From the human T2T-CHM13v2.0 reference genome, Homo sapiens: a stretch of 64,000 nt of DNA. The notes under the pieces were generated by a model. The model had not been told where the DNA came from. It saw only the letters and a program-made list of their open reading frames with translations, and ran no database searches. The position numbers were made by a program, and so were the translations under genes. How positions within the stretch are numbered: position 1 is the first letter of the stretch; the number at the start of each line of letters is the position of its first letter. This document shows, in pieces, positions 52,631-64,000 of this stretch. The DNA is taken from NCBI RefSeq assembly GCF_009914755.1, contig NC_060939.1. The stretch is one strand, 5' to 3'.

Positions 52631-55439
52631 TCAAAGTTTAAGAGGATTTTATTATAAGGTATTTCAATAATCTATAATTTGGCACATCACCTAGAAGAAT
52701 ATTATAAAACAGAAAGTTAGAAGTACTGCAGAAGAAAACACAACTCAATCTAGACAGGTTAACTTAATACTCACAAGAGTATTCCTTGCTTAAAAAAAAC
52801 TCAGCAAAGAAACCTTCTTAAGATGCTTATAGTGGCACTGATGACTTCATTTAATTTCCACTGTCCATGAAACAACCCTTAATCTTTGTTATAAAAAGTG
52901 CCTCCATATCCTTCAACTCCAGCAAAGCCATCTCCCTTCCTGTGAGATGTTTCAGGGCTCTGCGTCATTCTCCAGTGAATCTGAGAGGGGCTAATACCAA
53001 GGTCACGCTATTCCCAGGAACTTCTAGCCCAGCTGGGAATAACCATCAACTACCCATATCTAATCTTTGGTTAACAAATACCTTCCACAGTCTTCATTAG
53101 CAAATGTCCTTCTTGTCCGCTGCAAGGAGAGCCAACATTCTCATTAAGTCCTCGTTCTTCCTGTTAACTGTTTACATGACTGTCCTTCAGCACGTACACG
53201 GTTCAGCCTCAGCTACAGACCATCACTGCTACAGAGCGACAACTTCCCATTCGGACTTAGGCAGTGTTTCAGTTCATTACAGAGAAGTGGTTTTCTCACC
53301 CTTTTGTCCTGAAAAGTGGTTCAAAGAAAGTAAGCGTTGTCTAAATGTCAAGAGACCGTAACTGCTGGTAGCCAGTCACGAGTTTTAAACATTTAAATTA
53401 CATTCTCATATGCTTCCAGGTAGGCTCCACGGGTAACTTACTGTCCCAAGCAGGACCTTGTGAGATGAAAGAGTGGGTCTGTTAATAATCAGGCCGAGAC
53501 CACCAGCATAAACGGTGGCGGTCCAGACTCTCAGGACGCATGGTTATCCCACTGTCCCTGCTAGGTCTTTCCTAATTAGTTTTGTGTAGGCTTTGCCAAT
53601 TTTCATCTAATTAAGTTCAAGGATTACGTTTTGTGTTTTAAAAACTGAAATTGTCATGGAAATTAAGCTGGGACTTTAGTGGTTAAAAAAAAAAAGAGAA
53701 TTATTATGAATGAGTCCTGAATGGTTACTAATTCTGAAACCTAAACACCTTTTAGAGAAGCCTGACTCATTTCAAAATAATTTTGAGAATTAAGCTTAGC
53801 AAAGTAAAACAAAAGCTGTTGCTAGTAATTCAAGGCTTCTGCATAAGACTATAAGTAAAGCGATAAAACTGAAACAATATATTTTGCAACTGAACATTCC
53901 ATGTCTACATCATCAGCAGAGACTGTGGTAGGAGACCCTTATCTGCAGTCCGAAAACTATCTAAACTCCCATGTCTTCCCTTCACAAACATCTGATCTGG
54001 GGCAATCAGTTGAATGCACCAGGCATCGCCTTAACAAAAAAAAAATGAAGTGGCAGACGTGGCAGCATGATGCAGGATGAATACATGCAGAACCATCTTT
54101 AAACAGATGAGGTCCTGTGCACACACGGCACTCAATATTTACTGAACGCTCCCGTGAAAGGCGCCGTACCAGGCAGTGAAAGCCCAAATGTCACGTACAG
54201 AGAAGAAACAAGCGCGAACACAAGATCGAGCCGGCGAGCGTGGCGGGCGAAAGAGTCCCAGCCCGGGCCTGCCACGAAGCGGCCACCAGGCTTCTCTCCC
54301 AAGGTGTTTCTAAACCCGGCCCACCCAGCACCAGGTATGGCCCTCTGGCCTCCACGCCCGTGCTCTCTCAGCACCCTCTCCACTCCAGTCAACACGGACC
54401 ACACACCAGCGTCACACGTGACCCAACATGTCTCTACGAGAACGTGATATAAGCTCTAGTCTAGGGGACTGCCAAAGCACAAACTAAATCAAAAATAAAA
54501 TTAAAAACAAACTTACAGGGACAAGGTGGATGTAAGCCAGAAGGGATGGAGCTCGGGGGGACCAGGACGTGCCACACAGGCCCAGTGCAGCCGGGTTTAA
54601 AGGGAAGCTAGAAATCCAGCTGTTCTGTGTCAAGTCTAACTGAAGTGCTGGCAACCAGTTCAAGTGAGAGAGAAAGGGAAAGGGACAGAGAAAAGGAAAA
54701 GAGAGAAAAAAGAAATACAAGCCAAAGTATATCTGTGGGTCAAATATGACCTACAGATTCACCTCCTTCTAGGATATTTTTCATCTACACCTGACTTTTT
54801 GTAGAATCTTATTCGACATAAAGACATTCAACGCCGTGTTAACGTATAGCATTTAATGAAGAAATGTCTTACTTAAAAAACCCAACCACCCCCACCACCG
54901 CCTAAAGACTCCAGCGGCGCTGGGACAGTGGAGGCCTGGTGAGTGGGGACAGCACAGTGGCGCTGTGGGCGGGGAGCAAGGGTTCCCGCAGCCCAGCTCC
55001 ACCACTTGAGTCCTCGGAGGAAGAGCAACTGCTCTAGAAGCCCTGGGGTCCCAACCCAGCTTTGGGTCATGCGTTACACTCAGAACTGTCAGTGTTTCTG
55101 TCATTACACAGTGTTGAGTGCGGTGGGGTTAAATGCCACAGGTTTGGACCCTAGGTTTTGAGCACGACCCCTGTGAGGCTGAAGACTCCACGTCTGCCAT
55201 CTCCAGTTCATATGAAGTCTGAGGGGGGACTCTCACTTCACAGCTACCTCACAAAGGCACCATTCTGAAAGTTTTCTTTCAAAAAAGAGGGTAAGAAAAA
55301 CACTGGAGAGGGGACTGAGGGAAGAAGAGGGAGTGGGTTTGTTTTTCTGGGGAAGGGTGGGTGGGGAAGGGAAGCTAGTAAAGCTTTAAATTCCATAGTG
55401 TCAAATTCCCAGGGAAGCAATATGAACAGTTTTCAGAGC

Positions 55440-56835
55440 ATAGGCAACCAACAAAAGCAATCCCACGGAGAAGTGACAGGCTTTTCAACCCTTGGGGCTG
55501 GAACAACTGGACATCCAAATGCAGGAAGATGAAACGAGACACAGACCTTACCCTTCACAGGATCACAGGCCTAAATGCAAAAGGCAAAACTGCAAAACTC
55601 CTAAAGAAAACAGAGGAGAAAATCTAGACAACCTTGGGTTTGGTGATGACTTTCTAGACACAACACCAAAGACACACTCCATGTAAGAATTGATAAACTG
55701 GACTTAATTAAAGTTAAAAACTTCTGCTCTGCAAAAGACACTGCCAAGAGAATAAGACAAGTCACAGACCGAAAGAAAATATTCACAGACTTATAAGACT
55801 TATCTAAAATATACAAAGAATTTCTAAACTCAAAAATAGGAAAACAACCCAATTAAAAAGTAGCCAAAGGCTTTAACAAGCACCTTGCCGAAGTTACACA
55901 GATGGTAGAAAAAAGCATGTGAAAGTCATCATATGTCATCAGGGAGATGCAAATTCAAACAACGAGATGCCACGACACACCTAGTAGAAGGGCCGAGAGG
56001 AGCGACGCGAAATGCTGGTGAGGACATGGAACAAGAGGGACTCTCGCTCACTGCCGGGGAGAATGCAAAATGCTACAGGCACTTAGGAAGACAGTTTGGC
56101 AGTTTCCTACAAAACTAAACATACTCTTATAGGATCCAACAAGTGAGCTCCTTGGTATTTACCCAAAAGAGCTGAAAAGTTAGTGTCCACACAAAAATCT
56201 GCATATGGGCGTTTCCAGCACTTTTGTTCATAATTGCCAAAACTCAGAAGCAACCAAGATATCCTTCAGTTGGTGAATGAATAAACTGTGGCACATTCAG
56301 ATAATGGAATACTATTCAGCATTTTTAAAAAATGAACTATCAAATCATGAAAAGACACGGAAGAAAGTTAAATGCATGTTACTAAGTAAAAGAAGCCAAA
56401 CTGAAAAGGCTACATACTGTACGATTCCAACTATATAACACTGTAAAACAAAACAAGGCAAAACTATGAAGACAGTAAAAAGATGAGTGGTTGCCAGGGG
56501 TTACAGGGGAAGGAAGGATGACCAGGCAGATCACAGAGGATTTTTAGGACAGTGAACTGTTCTGTATGATACATATATGAGGGTATCTGTCATAAACTTG
56601 TTTAAACCCACAGAATGTTCAACACCAAGAGTGACTCCTATTGTAAACTGTGGACTTCGGGTGATAATGATATGTCACTGTAGGTTCACCAATTGTAACA
56701 AAGGTACCACCACTCTGGTACAAGGTGTCCATATTGGGGGAGACTGTGCACGTGTAGGGGCAGGCGCCACTTGGGAAATCTCTGCACATTCCACTCAATT
56801 TCGCTGTGAACCTAAAGCTCCTCCAAAAAACTTAA
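55440..56835 (+). mobile_element. L1MC-type 3' fragment
   Basis: gaacaactggacatcc...aaaacttctgctctgcaaaagacactg...gtaaactgtggacttcgggtgataatga...gctgtgaacctaaagct. Confidence 0.88.
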
Positions 56836-59800
56836 TTTTTTTTTAAAGCAACCTATTAGGGAAAAAACATCCTCAAATTATCTATGTTAAGTAGATTGTA
56901 GGGGAAACTGGTAGTACTTTTTCTCTGGCTTCTCATTTATAATAAATTCATTCATTTTCCTTCCTTCATCCATCTATCTACTCACTGCTCTAAGCAAAAA
57001 AAAAAAATTTACAGAAATATATAAAATACACTAAACTTCAGATCCTTTGTGGAAAGAGGTAGGTGGAAATAAAATGCAAGTAATTAATAATTAACAATGA
57101 GTAGGATTGTTTGTTCTTTAACACAGTATTCTAAACTAAAAAGCCCTATACAAAAAGAAGAGAGAAATATTTTTAAGCATCTGCTATGAGATACCATACT
57201 TCTCTCTCTCTCAACACACTCATTTAATCCTCACAATTTTAAACTCCTTGAGAGCAAAACTCATTTTGTTCTAGGTGCCAAGCACTGAGTAATTGCCCTC
57301 TAAGTACTTGCTGAATAAATGAATGAGTAGATACTGTATCTCGTTTACAGGTAAGGACAAAAAGATTAATCACAGACAACAATGTAAGTGGCTCCTGTCA
57401 ATACGTAAACATTACAACAGAAGAGACGTGTCATGCCCAATAAACAAGAGCTAAGAGAACACACACTCTGCACAGGGCCTTTGCCTGCTCAGAAAAGACA
57501 TCCCCATCCCTACCCCCACCTCCTACCCCTCAGATTCCCAGACAGCCAGGCAGGGGTCTGGGGCAGACCAGCCAAGGCAAGACAGCCAACCTTAACCCCA
57601 ACTCCCCCCACTCCCAAACAATATGGCAACAAGAGCTAAGACAAGGGGACTTTCAAATACAGAAGATCAATATCTTCAGAAATACGAGAGGAAAAGCATC
57701 CTTCAAAGAGGATCAACTAGAATTCTCAGAATTCAGAGTTCTAAACGCCTCCCTCGTGGCTCCACAGAGGTGCCTTGAAGGCAGGTCTCACAGCACACAG
57801 CAGAGCCTGGCATTAATGTATTCCCTTAATAAACATTTATCCAAAGGTTAAGATGTCATAGCTGAAAGTAATCATCCTACATGTATTTCCAAAATAACCT
57901 ACCTCCCTGCACAATCATTCAACTATCCTTTTAGCTAAACTCTAGGCAACATGTTTAAACTGTCAGCCAGCCCTTTCACCCTTCAGAGGCACCCAATTTT
58001 AAAAAATGCTTATTACCACTCCTCTCCCATTGAAGTGAAATAATTTATGTGATTTTATATAATAACATTAACAACTAACATCTCTCGGAAGCTATACCAA
58101 GGACCTACCCTGTATGCACTGGTGTAATCCGACGAGGTAGCTCTGTTACTGTGCACGTTTTACTTTCAGGGATACTCTAGTTTGTGCGTTCAGCAACTTG
58201 CTCACACCCCGCAGCCACTGCACACAGCAAAGCCGAGGTTGGCTCTCAGCTCTCTCTCGGGCTGGTTCTTGACAAGACAACTAGAAATGCCTGTCCGGCA
58301 AGCAGGCAACAAACAAGGAGTGTGTCAGACGGGGATGAGAGCTTTGGAGAACCACGAAGCTGGGGAGACAGCAGCGAGGGCAGGGCTGCAGCATCATATC
58401 CTTGGGTCAGGGAAGGCCTCTCCAGCAGGGAAAACCTGAGGGAGACCAGACAGCAGTGAGGGGGCCAGGGAAGCTTTCCAGAGGGAATCAACCTTGGAGC
58501 AGACTGAAGAATACGCTGTGCTCTTTCAGAACATTCATTTCTTCCCCTGGGCAAGGGGCCACACCCTGGAGCACGGAGCAAGCATAACGGCTGGGCCACC
58601 AGCCTGACCAGCTGCCCGGGAGCAGGCGAACGCTCCTTCCTCTCCAGCCGCAGTCACGCTGTGTGCATGCACATGTGCGTATTTTAATGGCGTCATCAGC
58701 AAGAAAGGTTTAAATGCTGGAAATGACTATTCACAGTTTCTGACCAAGTATGTTTACTCCATGGACCCAAATTTGGGTCAGATAATGCATAAGAGTAAAG
58801 AGAAGAGTGGGAAAGTCCTCTATTTAATGTGCACACAATACCAACACTCCTGGCACCGAGGAAGACACGCTGGGGATAGCACCATGCTCCACACCAGGAG
58901 AGTGTGCATCTTCACGCTCCTTCCTTGCCTGACAAAACCTGCTCTCTTGGCCATGGAGACCACTCTGACATCACTTCTGCTTGGTGAGCAGGTGGGGCAC
59001 TGAGTCCCAGCAACAGAGGGCACCAGCAAGGGTAGGGCCATCAGCGTGGATTTCCACACCTCCCTCTACCACCTTCTTCCTCCATGTGCTCAGGGGCGGT
59101 CAGATGCCCTGGCCTTGGCCAAGCACCAGGGCAAAGTGGGATCCAAAGGCCACCAGCATCTTTTAAAAGTGAAAGTGACTCGAAAGCTTCAAGTAATTTT
59201 CTCTGTGCCCTCTTCATGTAGCTACGGAGCGCCTTCGGCAGGAAAGCCATCACTAGTGACAGTAGAGTTAAGTAATCTAAGAATGGGTAACTTCTGTTTT
59301 ATTATTAACATTAACACATAGACCACCCACGTGCTACAAACTGAAAGAAAAGAAAAATTTCATTGGAGGTAAACCTGTCTCAACTAATTAAATGTCTCTA
59401 CTCCTCTGCTTCTTTCTTAGCCTGTTTGTGTGTCCATGTGTACGCACACATTTTACATGGGTACCTCAACTGAGAAACATTTCAGTAGGCTAGGCAGCAT
59501 TTTAAAGTATTTCAAAATGATATTTCACAATTGCATTTTCAATTGTAATTTCTAAACTAATTTTAGATCAGAATTACGTAGCCACAACAGCTATCCAGCC
59601 ATTAATTTTGCCCTTATGTTCCTTGTTCTCTACTTGGTATTTTGCACCATTAAATAAAGCTACATAATAATCAGGTGCTGAACGGAAGAGGATGCGACAG
59701 CTGCTTCTGAACAGTGCAGTGGTCTTCAATCACTCACAACCAGAGCTTCCTACTCCTCCTAGAACAGATCTGCTGCATGCTACATGATCTCCAAGTCTCC

Positions 59801-60627
59801 ACACAATTCCATTTTCTAATCTTGCCTCTATTTCTAAATTAAATCACAAACCCTGACTTTTTGTATGCATGGGTTGGGTTGGGAGAAGGGAGACAGGGAG
59901 AGCTGTGAAGGGTGGGAGGATAAACAGTGGCATCTCAAAAAGTCAAAATTCTACTTTCAAGAGTACACTTCTGATGCCAAGAAGATAAGATCTCATGCAC
60001 TTCCTCCCCAGGTTTTGAACAGATTCCACAACATATGTCTTATAACAGACTGACTACAATGAAATAGAGGGATTCATGAATGAAAAGTAGTCTTACAAAC
60101 CGCATTTCATAAGCTCGCCCATAACCCACGCGACTCTTAAAATGCCGTCAAGTAGAAACATTTACATCACTTACGATGAACTATTTTTAAACCTTCTTTA
60201 TTATTATAAAACAATATATACTTATTATAAAATTCTGGAAACGGGAGGAATCACTCATAATCCTACTCTGACATTTGAAAAATATTCCTTCTAATGCAAC
60301 ATATTCACATATAAGATTACAAAACTAATTATACTTTGCAAACTATACAGTACTTACATACTCATATATCACACCTGAGCAATAATCATATTTTGGATCA
60401 TCTTATTTTCCTGAAATAGTTAACAACATTAACTGCTAAATAAAACCAAGCTATCCTACTATTTGTGTCAGGATTTCAACCAAAGAAAAAGAGACATGAA
60501 AATTATAAGCTATAAGAACAACAAAAATTTCACAGATGTGAGAAAGTTTAAAGGCTAATGGTAAAGGTATAAGTCATGTGTCAACCGAAAGCTACAAACT
60601 TTTTATTACATTTTTTATTTAAAAGCT

Positions 60628-60929
60628 GGCCGGGTGTGGTGGCCCATGCCTCTAATCCCAGCACCTTGGGAGGCTGAGACGGGCAGATCATGAGGTCAGG
60701 AGATCGAAACCATACTAGCTAACACGGTGAAACCCTGTTTCTACTAAAAATACAAAAACAAAATTAACCGGGCGTGGTGGCGGGTGCCTGTAGTCCTAGC
60801 TACTCAGGAGGCTGAGGCGAGAGAATGGTGTGAACCTGGGAGGCGGAGCTTGCAGTGAGCCGAGATAGTGCCACTGCACTCCAGCTTGGGTGACAGCAAG
60901 ACTCCGTCTCAAAAAAAAAAAAAAAAAAA
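60628..60929 (+). mobile_element. AluY
   Basis: gagatcgaaaccatactagctaacacgg...gagaatggtgtgaacc...ggagcttgcagtg diagnostics. Confidence 0.93.
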
Positions 60930-61055
60930 CCCTGTCTCCAGGGAGGAGGTAATTGCAGGAGAGACTATCAAATAGATTCAAATTCCAGATACATAGTGTC
61001 GACACCCCAGTTAGTTAATATAAATTATATATAAATATTAAAAATGGACATACAA

Positions 61056-61333
61056 GACCAGGAGCAGTGGCTCATGCCTGTAATCCCAACACTTTGGGAG
61101 GCTGAGGCAGGTGAATCACTTGAGGTCAGGAGTTCGAGATCAGCTTGGCTAACGTGGTGAAACCCTGTCTCTACTAAAAATACAAAAATTAGCCAGGTGT
61201 AGTGGAGGGCGCCTGTAATTCCAGCTGAGGCGGAAGAATGACTTGAACCTGGGAGACAGAGTGAGCCAAGATCACAGCACTGTACTCCAGCGTGGGTGAC
61301 AGAGCGAGAAGCAGTCTCAAAAAAAAAAAAAAA
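61056..61333 (+). mobile_element. AluS (small deletions)
   Basis: Dimer with poly-A tail. Confidence 0.9.
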
Positions 61334-61828
61334 ACATATATGTAAAATAAGCATACCCTAACTAAACAATGTAATTCTCATGAGATCCATAAGTATAAAT
61401 TACACTAGAAGAAATGAAAACATTTTTCTTTGCTGGCTCTTATTCAGGCACTTTCTGGTGTCCCATGCTGATGTGAAGGCCAGGTGTCAGAAGTGGGAAG
61501 GTTTACGGCATAACCCATGTTTACTGGCAGAAACCAGGAAAACTCAGAGAGGTAAAAAGAAACATTAAACCTATTCTGTCTACCTAGTGATAACCACTGT
61601 TATTATCTTAGGGTATAACTCATGTCAAACTAACTTGAGAGAAGCCACAGCACTGTAATGCCACCAAGCGGGATTACACCCCGAGATCCATGACTAGACT
61701 ATAAACTATATACACTAGGAACCATATACACTATGCGAACTATAGGACGATTAGCCAACACCAGCAATAAAGCCACAATTTAAATGTAAATGCCCTGGCT
61801 TCAAATGTATTTGTCAAACATTCGATAT

Positions 61829-61960
61829 AGGCTGGGCATGGTGGCTCATGCCTATAATCCCAGCACTTTGGGAGGTCAAGGCAAGGGAACCGCTAGAGCT
61901 CAGGAGCTCGAGGACAGCCTAAGAAATATAGCAAGACCTCATTTGTATTTGAAAGAAAAA
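61829..61960 (+). mobile_element. FLAM / Alu monomer
   Basis: ggctgggcatggtggctcatgcctataatcccagc. Confidence 0.82.
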
Positions 61961-62192
61961 ATAATTTTAAAAAAACCCTTCAATATACCACATTGGCTGT
62001 ATGTGACCCCAGCAATTCAGTGAACTACTGGTACATTCCTAGAACAAAAAGGGGCAAAGCATGTTTAGTCTTAATTCTTTTATTCTTTGTTTACCTAATT
62101 CACAAGTATACATCTATACAGATACTCAAGAATCACAAATTTTGCTTGATTTCTTCCCAAAGAAAGTGGCATTATGCAATTTGAGATTTTCC

Positions 62193-62282
62193 GGCCAGGT
62201 GCGGTGGTACATGCCTGTAGTCCAAGCTACTCAGGAGGCTGAGGCAGGAGGATCACTTGAGCCCAGGAGTTCAAGGCCAGCC
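62193..62282 (+). mobile_element. Alu monomer fragment
   Basis: ggccaggtgcggtggtacatgcctgtagtcc...caggagttcaaggccagcc. Confidence 0.8.
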
Positions 62283-63805
62283 CCAACGGGTGGAAGGAGT
62301 GGGGAGAGGCAATGCCTGGCAATTTAAGATTCTTCCCTCAAATTATTGATATATTTGACTGGAAGCCCATTAATTATGTTCCTTATTTAAAGGTCACGTT
62401 AAGCTTTGGTAACTAATCACAAGACACTTCCATACCTGCCCAAATGTAAGTTTAATCACAAATGTATTCCCAAGCTCACCTGTTATGGCAGAGGAAGAAC
62501 TAAAAGCCATATAACACAAATTTAAAGGAAGGAACCCTAAGGGAAACGTTTCCATCTGGACTGATCTGCTGGTTTATACTCTGAGAAGATTCCCAAGTCC
62601 TTGTATCTACGATTACAGCCAGAATGATTTTCTAGGAGAGACAAATTCAGGGCAAATATCTAAGGACACCCCAAATTACGGCATTTATATAATGTTAAAT
62701 TATAAACAATTTATAATGTTAAATGATAAATTCCTTATATAATGTAAAGCTATAAATGTATATAATGTTAAATTACTATACAGCAAAACCAAAACTACAA
62801 ATACAGGTGACCGATTCCTAAGAAGCCAGGATTCTTACGAATGGAAATACTTGTTAGAAGCCTATTTGAATCTCAAATTAGGAGCTTTTAAACCTAAAAG
62901 TCAATTAAACTACATTGTGCAATAGCATTTCTTAAACATCTGACCTTGGTATACGCTAAGAATTCCGCGAGTGGTATTTGGACGCCTTATATCTGAAACC
63001 TGAGAAACAAAAACCCAGTCCACCAAAGAGAGGAAAGCCTGCTGGGGACTCACTTTGGGATGTAAGGATTTGTTTCCGTCATGTCGCACAGACTGCGACC
63101 TCATCGCCAATGTATCTGTCCCCCTTCCCCTGTGGTGACAGACTGTGGTCTGACTCCGGCTATCGGGCCTTCTGTCCAGTTAGGTGTGAACCAAGACCCC
63201 CCCAAGCAGAGTGTGAGTGAGAGACCCGCTCCCCTTTTGGCTTGTGCTTAAGACCTGGCTCTGAGCTCTGTGTCTCCAGGCTCTTTCCTCTCCTGCAGCT
63301 GTCTGTCACCTAAGCACAGCAGCCACGCTACTGACCGGTGAAGGACAATGCCACAGGAGACGGCAGTAAAGCAAAATGGAAGACCCTGGACCCCTCAATG
63401 ACAAGGAACACAGTCCCCCGAAATCCTGGAAAAGCCATCCCGTTACTGGACAGAGAAATTAACATCTGTCTCTGCTGCGTCCTCTCGGGTGTCTGTGACG
63501 GTGGTTTGGCCCTCTCGTAAGTCTTAAGTTGGCTACTACATTAAACACGGGAACCCATGAACGAACTATGATTTAAAAGCCACTTTTCAGAGTCACCGCT
63601 CACAAAAAACACATCAGTAACTTCTACTTTCCGAGTGGCATTTTACAGATTATCTCATGTCATCGCATGCCAGGCACAGGTTTTACAGGTACTGCTCCCA
63701 TCTCACTGCGGAGAAAGCGTACTTTCAAAAACTGGATAACTTGAGAGGAAACAGCAGTCGTAGTACCAGGCCCAAAACAGAAACACTTACATCTGTAACT
63801 CAGGG

Positions 63806-64000
63806 CAGGGGTCGGCACACTACGGCCCACTGGCCAAAATCCCCCATTAAAACTTCTACTGGGACACAGTTACACTCACTTTTGTTACTGTCTACAGCTG
63901 TTTTTGCATTACAGTGGCTAAGCTGAGCAGCTGGGAGCGAGATCCCACGGCCTGCAAAAACCCTAAAACATTTACCCGCCAACCCTTTACACAGCACAAA
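63806..64000 (+). mobile_element. MER58A (hAT-Charlie)
   Basis: caggggtcggcacactacggccc...ggcctgcaaaaaccctaaaacatttac...ccctttaca. Confidence 0.78.

Overview
Human (or very closely related hominid) euchromatic DNA containing the 3' end of CHSY1 (chondroitin sulfate synthase 1, 15q26.3) on the minus strand. The only credible protein-coding sequence is the large terminal coding exon (44009->42417, 530 codons, about Met273-Ala802, carrying the DxD and GWGxED glycosyltransferase motifs). It is followed by a ~1.6 kb 3'UTR ending near 40840 and preceded by ~20 kb of intron (44010-64000). Bases 1-~40800 are downstream intergenic DNA rich in Alu, L1M, L2, MIR, MaLR/ERV1 LTRs (including a complete LTR8 solo LTR with a 4-bp TSD), Tigger/MER DNA transposons and simple repeats. 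Nearly all other ORFs in the track are Alu-, repeat- or chance-derived. I find no convincing new multi-gene system. The best leads are: (i) a candidate spliced, polyadenylated + strand lncRNA at ~33.5-35.9 kb converging on CHSY1; (ii) candidate alternative or poison exons in the CHSY1 intron, given that the last exon starts exactly with ATG; (iii) snap-back templated-insertion scars inside two Alus; (iv) old repeats that have gained G/C and CpG; (v) a probable R705Q allele and a CpG-dense catalytic DxD; (vi) a 40-bp VNTR and a perfect 37-bp duplication. Repeat boundaries and subfamilies were assigned by eye from remembered consensus sequences and are approximate.
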